Below are positions 36,480-44,968 of a stretch of DNA of 64,000 nucleotides, in pieces. Every line of letters begins with the position of its first letter. Position 1 is the stretch's first letter. This DNA comes from a bacterium (GTDB lineage Bacteria; Desulfobacterota; DSWW01). The position numbers were made by a program, and so were the translations under genes. The stretch lies in NCBI GenBank assembly GCA_040756235.1, contig JBFLZG010000126.1, forward strand, positions 64,001 to 128,000, written 5' to 3'. A model generated the notes under the pieces. That model did not search any database and had not been told where the DNA came from. It saw only the letters and a program-made list of their open reading frames with translations.

Positions 36480-37719
36480 AGCGCAGAACCTCGGCAGGAT
36501 CGAGACGAGAGGCTTGGCGCGCCGGATACAGGGTCGCGGTCATACAGAGCACGACAGCGGCCAGACCGACGAGCGCCACTTCCGTCCAACGGACCTCGAC
36601 CGGCAAATAGGACAAATAGTAGATCTCCGGGTCCAGGCGGATGAGGGGGAATCTCCCGGCGATCCAGCACAGCCCGCAGCCGCCGGCGAGTCCCAGTCCC
36701 GTGCCGATGAGACCCATCACCAGCCCCTGGACCCAGAAGATCCTGCCGAGCGACCGGCGGCTGGCTCCCATGGCCTTCAGGATGGCGATCTCCCTCCGCT
36801 TCTCCATGACCGTCATGATCAGGGTGCTGATGATGTTGAATCCGGCCACCAGGATGATGAGGATCAGAACCAGGAACATGACCACCTTCTGCAACTTGAG
36901 AGCCGAGAAAAAGCTCGGATTGATCTCCTTCCAGGTCTTGGCCCAGAACGGGTACCCGAAGGCCTGCTGGACCTCCGCCTTGAGGCCATCGGTCTGTTCC
37001 AGGCGATGGGCCCGGATCTCGAATCCGGTCACTCCTGCGTTCATCCGGAACAGCTCCTGGGAGTCCCTGAGCGGGAGAAAGGCCAGAGAAGCGTCGTATT
37101 CGTACATGCCCACTTCGAAGATCCCGGCGACCTGGAACGGCTTGAGCGCGGCCGCCGAGGCGGCGGAACCCGCGTCGCCGGCGACCAGAACGAGGTCGAC
37201 CCGGTCGCCGCAAACCACCTCCAGCGTCTTCGCCAGGGTCCTTCCGAGCAGGATGGGAGCCGGCTCGCCGGCCCTCGCGGAGCCTTCAGGGGGCGGCAAA
37301 AGGCTCCTCAGACTACCGCAAGAGAAGAGCAGGTTCCAGCCCGCGATGTCGGAAAGGGATTCCGGCGGCACTCCCCGGACCACCGTGCCGGCGACGCCCT
37401 CGCCGGACCGAAGGAGCGCCTGCTGGTAGGTGAACGGCATCACGGCCGCCACGCTCGGCATCTCGAGGAGCCTGCTCTGGACCTCCTCCGGATCGGTGAT
37501 GATCCCGTCCAGGCGCAGCAACAACAGGTGCGCATTGATCCCGATGATCTTGTCGCGCAAAGCGCTTTCGAAACCGGAGGCGAACGACAGGGCGACCACC
37601 AGGGCCATGACGCCGACGAGCACTCCGGTCAGCGCGATCCACGCCAGCACGGAAAAGAATCCCTTCCTTTCCCTGGAGCCGAGATAGCGCAATCCCATCC
37701 GCCATTCGTACATCGCCAT
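36472..37719 (-). CDS. lolE: lipoprotein-releasing ABC permease (LolC/E family)
   Basis: IALTGVLVGVMALVV, AGFNIISTL, REIAILKAMGA and YPARQA. Confidence 0.85.
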   Translation of the reverse strand: MAMYEWRMGLRYLGSRERKGFFSVLAWIALTGVLVGVMALVVALSFASGFESALRDKIIGINAHLLLLRLDGIITDPEEVQSRLLEMPSVAAVMPFTYQQALLRSGEGVAGTVVRGVPPESLSDIAGWNLLFSCGSLRSLLPPPEGSARAGEPAPILLGRTLAKTLEVVCGDRVDLVLVAGDAGSAASAAALKPFQVAGIFEVGMYEYDASLAFLPLRDSQELFRMNAGVTGFEIRAHRLEQTDGLKAEVQQAFGYPFWAKTWKEINPSFFSALKLQKVVMFLVLILIILVAGFNIISTLIMTVMEKRREIAILKAMGASRRSLGRIFWVQGLVMGLIGTGLGLAGGCGLCWIAGRFPLIRLDPEIYYLSYLPVEVRWTEVALVGLAAVVLCMTATLYPARQASRLDPAEVLRYE

Positions 37720-37722
37720 GGG

Positions 37723-38976
37723 CTACTCGTAACGTAACGTCTCGGCGGGAGGCACCCGGGAGGCCTTCCGGGCCGGATACAGGGTCGCCAGCAGACTCAA
37801 CACCAGGCCGGCACAGGCTACCGAGACGACGTCCGCGGGATCCACCCGCACCGGAAGAGCCAGCTCGTAGAAGATGTCCTGGGGCAGCTTGACCAGGGGA
37901 TAGGATCCGAGAAACCTGCAGGCCCCGAGCCCCAGGACAACGCCCGCCACGGTGCCCGCGATCCCGATCGCCATGCCCTGCAGGACGAAGATCGCCTGGA
38001 TGCGCCTCGGCGTGGCGCCCAAGGCCTTCAGAATGGCGATCTCCCCTTTTCTCTCCATCACGGCCATGGCCAGGGAGCTGAGAATGCTGAGGACCCCGAC
38101 CATGATGATGAGCGCCAGGACGGCAAAGGCGGTGAGCTTCTCCAGGCGCAAGGCGGAAAGAAGCCGCCGGTTTTTCTCCATCCAGTCCTCCACCTGCACG
38201 CGCGGCCCGAGGATGGACCGGATGCGATCGCTGATGCGCCCGGCGCGGTACAGATCGTCCACACCTACGTCGATACCGGTGATCCCTTTGCCCAGGCCGA
38301 GAAAAGCCTGGGTCGTCTGCAGGGAAGCATAGGCGAAAGACGAGTCGTACTCGTATAGACCGCTCTCGAAGATGCCGGTGACGCAAAAGGTCTTCTGGGC
38401 CGGGAGCAATCCGAAAGGCGTCTCGATGCCCACGGGGGAGACGACCTTGAGGGTGTCTCCGTAGAACAGGCCGAGGTGCCCGGCCAGCTCGCGGCCGACC
38501 AGGAGCCCCGGTTTGTCCCGACAGTCTGCAGGTGCATCCTCGGGGCGGCTTCCGCCCTCGAGGCTCTCCAGGCTCCCTTGGTAAAGCTGAGACGGCAGCT
38601 TGCTGAAAATGGAAACGGTCTCAGGGTCGACCCCTTCGAGTGTGGCGCCCGCCGTGCGCGTAGAAGAGACCAGGAGGACCTGGGTCTTCACAAAGGGGCT
38701 CAACCCCCGGATCCCCTGGATCGCGGCCAGCCGTTCGCCGATCTCCCGCATGCGACCGAGGTCGAGGTCCTTGGCCTGGAGGGTGATCGGGGCCATGTTG
38801 CCGAGCAGCTTGGTCTTCAGGTCTTCCTCGAAGCCGTCCATCACGGCCAGCGTCACGACCATCGCCATCACCCCGACCATGATCCCGATGCCGGACAGCA
38901 GGGTGATCGCCGACACGAACCCGTAGCGGTGCCTGGACCGGAGATAACGCAGCGCCACGAACTGTTCGAGCCGCAT
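37723..38976 (-). CDS. lolC: lipoprotein-releasing ABC permease (LolC/E family), second paralog
   Basis: VALRYLRS, GIMVGVMAMVVTLAVMDGF, EIAILKALGA and YPARKAS. Confidence 0.85.
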   Translation of the reverse strand: MRLEQFVALRYLRSRHRYGFVSAITLLSGIGIMVGVMAMVVTLAVMDGFEEDLKTKLLGNMAPITLQAKDLDLGRMREIGERLAAIQGIRGLSPFVKTQVLLVSSTRTAGATLEGVDPETVSIFSKLPSQLYQGSLESLEGGSRPEDAPADCRDKPGLLVGRELAGHLGLFYGDTLKVVSPVGIETPFGLLPAQKTFCVTGIFESGLYEYDSSFAYASLQTTQAFLGLGKGITGIDVGVDDLYRAGRISDRIRSILGPRVQVEDWMEKNRRLLSALRLEKLTAFAVLALIIMVGVLSILSSLAMAVMERKGEIAILKALGATPRRIQAIFVLQGMAIGIAGTVAGVVLGLGACRFLGSYPLVKLPQDIFYELALPVRVDPADVVSVACAGLVLSLLATLYPARKASRVPPAETLRYE

Positions 38977-39016
38977 GGCAAGAAGACCTCAAAAGGAATC
39001 CTTAAAAGGAATCCCT

Positions 39017-39143
39017 CAGGTATCGGGTATCAGGTGTTAGGTCTCAGGCCTCCGCCTGCCCAAACCGGCGTTGCTCTCATCTGCCCCGTCTTGGGTGAGC
39101 TCGGGAGGGAACGCTGAAACCTGGTACCTGGAACCTGACCCCT
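39017..39143. repeat. inverted pair of 7-bp tandem arrays forming a long hairpin
   Basis: CAGGTAT CGGGTAT CAGGTGT TAGGTCT CAGG (39017-39048) versus CTGAAAC CTGGTAC CTGGAAC CTGACCC CT (39114-39143). Confidence 0.7.
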
Positions 39144-39185
39144 CTCCTCGCGTGGAAACGGCCGCGGAGCGCCCGCCGGGCCCGC

Positions 39186-40688
39186 TCATTCCGGACCGGG
39201 GGCCGCTCTTTCCGGCCGCATCTGAGGAAAGAGGATCACGTCACGGATGGAGGCGCTGTCGGTCAGCAGCATGACCAGCCGATCGATCCCGATGCCCTCA
39301 CCGGCGGCCGGGGGCATGCCGAACTCGAGGGCCTCCAGGAAATCCTCGTCGAGCTGGTGGGCCGACTCGTCACCCAGGCGCCGCTTCTCCGTCTGTCGCT
39401 CGAATCGGCTCCTCTGCTCCAGGGGATCATTGAGCTCGGAGAACCCGTTGGCCAGCTCGCGGCCGGCCACGTAAAGCTCGAACCGGTCCACGAAGCCCGG
39501 CCGGTCGTCGCTGGAACGCGCCAGAGGGGAGACCTCCTCCGGGTAATCGGTGACAAACGTCGGCTGGATCAATCTGCTTTCCACCTTTTGCTCGAACAGC
39601 TCCACCGCCATCTCCGCTTCGGTCAGCCCTTCGGCCAACTCGATCCCCTGCTCCCGGGCGAAGCGCCGCAACGCCTCACGGTCCGTAAGGGCGGAGCCGG
39701 ACAGGCCGCACTGCTCGCGCAACGCCTGTTCCAGCGGGATCCGTCTCCAGGGAGGCGAGAAGTCGATTTCGGTCCCCTGGTACGGGATCTTCACGGACCC
39801 GCAGAGTGCGCCCAGAAGCTCCTGGAAGAGCTCCTCGGTCAGGGTCATGAAATCCCGGTAGGAGGCGTAGGTCTCGTAGAACTCGATCATGGTGAATTCC
39901 GGGTTGTGGGTCGTGGAAAGGCCCTCATTGCGGAACTGCTTGTTGAGCTCGTACACCTTTCCCAGGCCGCCGACCAGGAGCCTCTTCAGGTACAGCTCGG
40001 GAGCGATGCGCAGGAAGAGCGTCAGGTCGAGCGCGTTGTGGTGAGTCTCAAAGGGCCGGGCCGCCGCTCCGCCGGCCATGGGGTGCATCATGGGGGTTTC
40101 GACTTCCAGAAAGCCCCGGCCATCGAAGAAGGAGCGGATGCGGCGAATGATTTCCCCGCGCCGCCGGAAGCTCTCCTTCACCGCAGGGTTGACGATCAGG
40201 TCCAGGTAGCGCTTCCGGTAGCGGGTCTCCACGTCGCGCAGCCCGTGGAACTTCTCGGGCAGGGGCCGGAGCGCCTTGGTGAGCAGCTGGCATCGATCCA
40301 CGTTCAACGTCAGCTCACCCGTGCGCGTGCGGAAGAGGCGGCCCTGAGCTCCCAGGATGTCCCCGGCATCCAGGTAGCGCTTGAGCTGCCGGAAGGCGGT
40401 GTCGCCGAGTTTCTGGCGCTGGAAGTACAGTTGCAGGAGTCCGGTTTCGTCCTGGAGATGCAGGAACAAGCTCTTTCCGAAGTCGCGGACGGTCATCACC
40501 CGGCCGGCCAGGGAAAACGGCTCCTGCACCTGTTCGAGCTCCTCCGCCGAGGATCCGCCGAAGCGCTCGAGAAGGTCGCCGGCGAAGCTGTCTCGCCGGA
40601 AGTCATTGGGGAAAACGGGTGCGGCTTGCTGCCGCATCTCGTTCAGCTTCTTGAGTCGCACTTCTCTCAGGGACTGGTCGCCGCTCAT
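39186..40688 (-). CDS. lysS: lysine--tRNA ligase (class II)
   Basis: EVETPMM, GGAAARPF, LRIAPELYLKRL, HNPEFT and GEGIGIDRL. Confidence 0.96.
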   Translation of the reverse strand: MSGDQSLREVRLKKLNEMRQQAAPVFPNDFRRDSFAGDLLERFGGSSAEELEQVQEPFSLAGRVMTVRDFGKSLFLHLQDETGLLQLYFQRQKLGDTAFRQLKRYLDAGDILGAQGRLFRTRTGELTLNVDRCQLLTKALRPLPEKFHGLRDVETRYRKRYLDLIVNPAVKESFRRRGEIIRRIRSFFDGRGFLEVETPMMHPMAGGAAARPFETHHNALDLTLFLRIAPELYLKRLLVGGLGKVYELNKQFRNEGLSTTHNPEFTMIEFYETYASYRDFMTLTEELFQELLGALCGSVKIPYQGTEIDFSPPWRRIPLEQALREQCGLSGSALTDREALRRFAREQGIELAEGLTEAEMAVELFEQKVESRLIQPTFVTDYPEEVSPLARSSDDRPGFVDRFELYVAGRELANGFSELNDPLEQRSRFERQTEKRRLGDESAHQLDEDFLEALEFGMPPAAGEGIGIDRLVMLLTDSASIRDVILFPQMRPERAAPGPE

Positions 40689-40791
40689 GTCTCTCCCGGG
40701 CCAGCCTGGCGCATTCCGGCGCCTGGAGGCCCTTCACAAACGCTGGCGCTGCACGGGTCTTCGCCAAGACCCTTCCAGTGAAAGATCTCAG

Positions 40792-40820
40792 TAGATAACT
40801 CAAACCCATGGCCCTGTCAA
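40792..40820 (-). promoter_or_regulatory. putative sigma70 promoter of lysS
   Basis: TTGACA, 17 nt, TATCTA on the minus strand. Confidence 0.4.
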
Positions 40821-40917
40821 GGAAACCGAAGCCTGGAAATGGGTCGGGATGACCGGGCACGGCCGCGCGAGCGCGAATCTCCGCCTCCTTCAGATGGTCG
40901 TGGTGAACCCCTCCAGA

Positions 40918-41018
40918 AGGGCGACGCATGCGTCGCCCCTACAGGACGGGGGCGGCAAGCAGCGCTTCTACGAATCAGGGGAACGGGGACTGGACCCCGG
41001 CTTTCGCCGGGGTGACGG
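40918..41018. repeat. two REP-like palindromes
   Basis: AGGGCGACGCATGCGTCGCCCCTAC (40918-40942); GGACTGGACCCCGGCTTTCGCCGGGGTGACGG (about 40987-41018; near-identical copy at about 51406-51437). Confidence 0.8.
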
Positions 41019-41105
41019 AGCTGAGGGCAGCGCGGCTGTCCTGCCGTCCGCTTCGCGGCCCCCGGAATCAGGGTTGCGAAGGCGTCCGCACATGGCAGCG
41101 TCCAG

Positions 41106-42192
41106 CTACTTGGACCTCAGGTAGGCCTCCATGAACGGATTGAGCTCGCCGTCCAGGACCGCGTCCACGTTGCCCATTTCAAACTGCGTCCGGTGGTCCT
41201 TGACGAGGCGGTACGGCTGGAGCACGTAGGAGCGGATCTGGCTGCCCCAGGCGATCTCCTTCTGATCCCGGTAGATCGCGTCCTGCTTCTTCTCCTGCTC
41301 CTGCCTGCGGATCTCGAGCAGGCGGGCGCGCAGGATCTTCAGGGCGCGCGAACGGTTCTTGTGCTGGGAGCGCTCGTTCTGGCACTGCACGACGATGCCG
41401 GTCGGCAGGTGGGTGAGCCGGACCGCCGAGTCGGTCTTGTTGACGTGCTGGCCGCCGGCGCCTCCGGCGCGGAACGTCTCGACCTTCAGGTCGTCGTCCT
41501 TGATATCGATCTCCTCCTCCTCGTCGGGCTCCGGGTAAACGAATACGGCGGCAAAGGAGGTATGCCGGCGCCCTCCGGCATCGAACGGGCTGATCCGGAC
41601 CAGACGGTGGATGCCGATCTCCGATCGCAGATGGCCGTAGGCATAGGAGCCCTTCACGAGGACCGTGACGCTCTTGATCCCGGCTTCCTCACCCGGCAGG
41701 ATGTCGTACAGCTCGGTGGTCATGCCGCTTTTCTCGGCCCACTTCGTATACATTCTCAGCAGCATCTCGGCCCAGTCCATCGCTTCGGTGCCGCCGGCGC
41801 CGGCGTGGATGACCAGGAAGGCGTTGCTGATGTCGTCGGGACGGTTCAGGGTGAGCTCGAATTCGAAGGCCTGCAACCGTGCGAGGACCCTCTGGTAGCG
41901 CTGGGCCGCCTCCTCGAGCATCTCCGGATCACCGGCTTCTTCCCCCAGCTCCTTGCCGGCCGCGGCCTCCTCGAGCTCGGACTGGAGCTCGCCCCAGAGG
42001 TCCACCGGCCGCTGGATAGCGGTCCGCTCCTTGAGAGTGGCTTGAGCCTCTTTCGGGTTGTCCCAGAAATCGGAGCGGCAGATTCTCTCCTCCAAGCGGG
42101 CCAGCTCCCCTTTCCTCTTCTCCAAGTCAAAGACGGCCCCGTAGCCGTTGGGATATGGTGCTGACCTCGGATTCCAGCATGCGTAGGTCCAT
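41106..42192 (-). CDS. prfB: peptide chain release factor 2 with programmed +1 frameshift
   Basis: ATG 42192 [21 protein letters not shown], then CTT TGA C at 42132-42126, then DLEKRK..; SPF and GGQ motifs. Confidence 0.95.
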
Positions 42193-42259
42193 GGCCTTTC
42201 TCCTCCTCGGGGACCGGGCCTCTCGGGCCAGGCCCTGAAACAAAAATCTTCAGTGTTGT

Positions 42260-42736
42260 CTAGAGAGTACCGGAGAGGTCTTTGCTCTTCAAGAGTGCGC
42301 GCAGGATCCCCCGCTCCTTGCGGCGCATGCGCAGAGCCTCGGCACGGGCCCCGGTGTGGTCGAAGCCGAGGAGGTGGAGGAGGCCGTGCACGAGGAGCAG
42401 GTCGAGCTCCTGAGGCAAAGGGATGCCCCGTTCCCGCGCCTGGCGTTCCGCCGTCTGGACGCCGATCACGACGTCTCCGAGCAGGACATCCGGGAGCGCG
42501 GCGTCCCTGGTAGTGTGCCGGCGGGCGGCACCCTCCATCTGCGGGAAGGCGAGCACGTCCGTTGGGCGGTCTTTGCCCCGGTAGACACGGTTGAGATCGC
42601 GCATGCGCTGGTCGGCGACCAGAAGCACAGTGAGCTCGGCGGAGCCGAGCCCCATGAGGTCGAGGGCGGCTCCGGCGACTTCGCGCAGCCGACGAGAGTC
42701 TACCGCCAACTGGCGCTGCCGGTTGAGGACGGTCAC
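42260..42736 (-). CDS. ybeY: endoribonuclease YbeY
   Basis: [23 protein letters not shown] and [11 protein letters not shown]; start approximate. Confidence 0.93.
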   Translation of the reverse strand: MTVLNRQRQLAVDSRRLREVAGAALDLMGLGSAELTVLLVADQRMRDLNRVYRGKDRPTDVLAFPQMEGAARRHTTRDAALPDVLLGDVVIGVQTAERQARERGIPLPQELDLLLVHGLLHLLGFDHTGARAEALRMRRKERGILRALLKSKDLSGTL

Positions 42737-42761
42737 GCGGGCCTGCCCGCCCGCGGGTGCC

Positions 42762-43742
42762 TCAGGACTCCGACTTCTTCGTCTTGGACTTGTCGGCGCG
42801 GTCATAGGCCGCAATGATCTCCTGAACCAGCCGGTGTCGGACGACGTCCTCCTCGGAGAAGTACTGAAAAGAAATCCCCTTGACGCCCTTGAGGATGCGC
42901 TGGACCTCGATGAGCCCGGAGACCTTGTCGGGCGGAAGGTCGATCTGCGTGACGTCTCCGGTGATGACGGCCTTGGAATGGAGTCCCAGACGGGTGAGAA
43001 ACATCTTCATCTGCTCCGAGGTGCTGTTCTGCGCCTCGTCCAGGATCACGAAACTGTCGTTGAGCGTGCGGCCCCGCATGAAAGCCAGCGGGGCAACCTC
43101 GATCTCGCCGGTATCCACCATCTTGGCCGCTCGATCGTAGTCCATCATGTCGTGCAGGGCGTCGTAGAGCGGGCGGAGGTAGGGGTTCACCTTCTCGAAG
43201 AGAGTCCCGGGCAGGAACCCGAGCTTTTCGCCCGCCTCCACCGCAGGCCGGGCGAGCACGATCCGCATGACCTCCCGCCGCATCAGGGCCGAGACGGCCA
43301 TGGCCATGGCCAGAAAAGTCTTCCCGGTGCCGGCCGGGCCGATCCCGAAGACGATGTCGTAGTTGCGGATGGCGTCGATGTACTCTTTTTGACCCAGGCT
43401 CTTGGGCGTGATGCGGCGCTTGGTCGGTGACAGGAACACGACGTCCAGAAAAACGTCGTTGAGATTGACGGAAGGATGCCGCTTGAGCATCCGGGCTGCG
43501 CAGTCCACGTCCACCGGGTGGATGGGGACCCCCCGCTGCAGGATCTGATAGAGCCCCTCCAGCATCCGGTAGGCCAGCTCGACCGCCGTTTCCTCTCCCT
43601 GGATCCGGACCGAGGTCCCCCGCGAGAGGATGGTGACCCCGAGTATTTTTTCGATCCGCCTGAGGTTTTCCTCCTGGGTCCCGAACAGATTCTGGACTCT
43701 TCCCGGATCTTCGAAACCGACCTCAAATGCCTTGTCCTTCAT
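42762..43742 (-). CDS. phoH: PhoH family ATPase
   Basis: GPAGTGKTFLA, RPAVEAGEKLGFLPG, FMRGRTL and DEAQN. Confidence 0.95.
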   Translation of the reverse strand: MKDKAFEVGFEDPGRVQNLFGTQEENLRRIEKILGVTILSRGTSVRIQGEETAVELAYRMLEGLYQILQRGVPIHPVDVDCAARMLKRHPSVNLNDVFLDVVFLSPTKRRITPKSLGQKEYIDAIRNYDIVFGIGPAGTGKTFLAMAMAVSALMRREVMRIVLARPAVEAGEKLGFLPGTLFEKVNPYLRPLYDALHDMMDYDRAAKMVDTGEIEVAPLAFMRGRTLNDSFVILDEAQNSTSEQMKMFLTRLGLHSKAVITGDVTQIDLPPDKVSGLIEVQRILKGVKGISFQYFSEEDVVRHRLVQEIIAAYDRADKSKTKKSES

Positions 43743-43768
43743 GGAGCTCCTTCACGTGAGATCAGCCC

Positions 43769-44965
43769 CTAGTAGGCCGGAGCGACGTGCAACCGATAGC
43801 TCTGCGGCGTCTCCAGGATGTAGGAGAACTGATTTGGGCCCATGGCTTCCAGCTCCTCGGGATAGAGTAGCCTGGCGCGGACCAAATCCGCCAGCCCCCC
43901 CGGATATTCCCCCTGCTCGGCGCGGTAGATCTCGAGCGTCTCGAGGATCTTGCGCCGTCGTTGATCGTTGATCAGGCGACAGAGAGATTTCCCCCCCTGC
44001 TGGAGCTCGCCTCTGAGCCCGGTCTCTCCGGCGTGCTCCCGCAGGGCAGGCGAGGAAAGCAGGGCCCCCGCGAGAAACGTGAACAGGAACAGGCTCACGC
44101 ACCAGGCTCCGATCCTTGCAGCCAGTCTGCCCCGGGTCTGGATTGGCGCGGCCGGAAACGGGGAGGCCAGCTGGACCAGTCCCCGGTCCACAAGCGACAG
44201 GAGCGCCTTGCAGGTGCCGTACTCTCCCAGAGCGGCAAGGCCGATCAGTGTCTCGATGCTCCGCTTGCCGTCGATGCATCGATAGAGGACCTTCTCGGCT
44301 GTGGAGAGGGAAGCGTCGGATTCCGGGTCGAACGCGTCCTCGCCCGCCGAGGCGGGTCTGCGCCTGCGGCCCCGGTGAAACAAGGCCCATTTCGATTTCA
44401 AGGACGGCGCGTCGAGACCACCCGGCGCGAATCTGCGCTCCGGGACGCCGCGAAAGGAGCCGACCCGCTTGCGCAGCATGGGCCACTCATCGACCCTGCG
44501 CAGCCCGTCCAGGACCAGGGGTTCGACACCGATCGGATCGACCAGCTCCAGCTCGGCAGAGAGCCGACGATCCGGATCAAAGGAGAAGCGTCCGCTCCTC
44601 AGCCGGAACAGAGGGTGAACGGATTCCTCGATCAGCCTGCGGAACAGGGTCTCGAGCTCCGCCGACTCCACGATCCCTTCGTGCTGCAGAATTTGCCGCA
44701 GGCTGCGCAGGTCCATCTGGCGGCGCCGGCCGATCCTGTCGGCGTCCGTCTCGGAGAGGGTCCCCAGGCGGCAGAGGGTCACCAGGACCTGCCGTACCTG
44801 ATCGGATCCGGCGGGCAGCACCCCGACGATCTTGCCCGACCGGAAGAATACCTCCAGCGTGGCCTCGCCCGCGTCGACCTGCAGGCATCCGGACTTGGCT
44901 TGCTGTTCGAGGAACTGGAACAGCTCCGGGGCGCCGAACTCCCTGAAATCCCCCTGGAGGGGCAT
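43769..44965 (-). CDS. DUF4388 (PatA-N-like) domain membrane-anchored protein
   Basis: MPLQGDFREFGAPELFQFL..SGCL..VFFRSGKIV, GRFSF and LDGLRRVDEW; one TM segment near the C-terminus. Confidence 0.75.
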   Translation of the reverse strand: MPLQGDFREFGAPELFQFLEQQAKSGCLQVDAGEATLEVFFRSGKIVGVLPAGSDQVRQVLVTLCRLGTLSETDADRIGRRRQMDLRSLRQILQHEGIVESAELETLFRRLIEESVHPLFRLRSGRFSFDPDRRLSAELELVDPIGVEPLVLDGLRRVDEWPMLRKRVGSFRGVPERRFAPGGLDAPSLKSKWALFHRGRRRRPASAGEDAFDPESDASLSTAEKVLYRCIDGKRSIETLIGLAALGEYGTCKALLSLVDRGLVQLASPFPAAPIQTRGRLAARIGAWCVSLFLFTFLAGALLSSPALREHAGETGLRGELQQGGKSLCRLINDQRRRKILETLEIYRAEQGEYPGGLADLVRARLLYPEELEAMGPNQFSYILETPQSYRLHVAPAY

Positions 44966-44968
44966 CCC

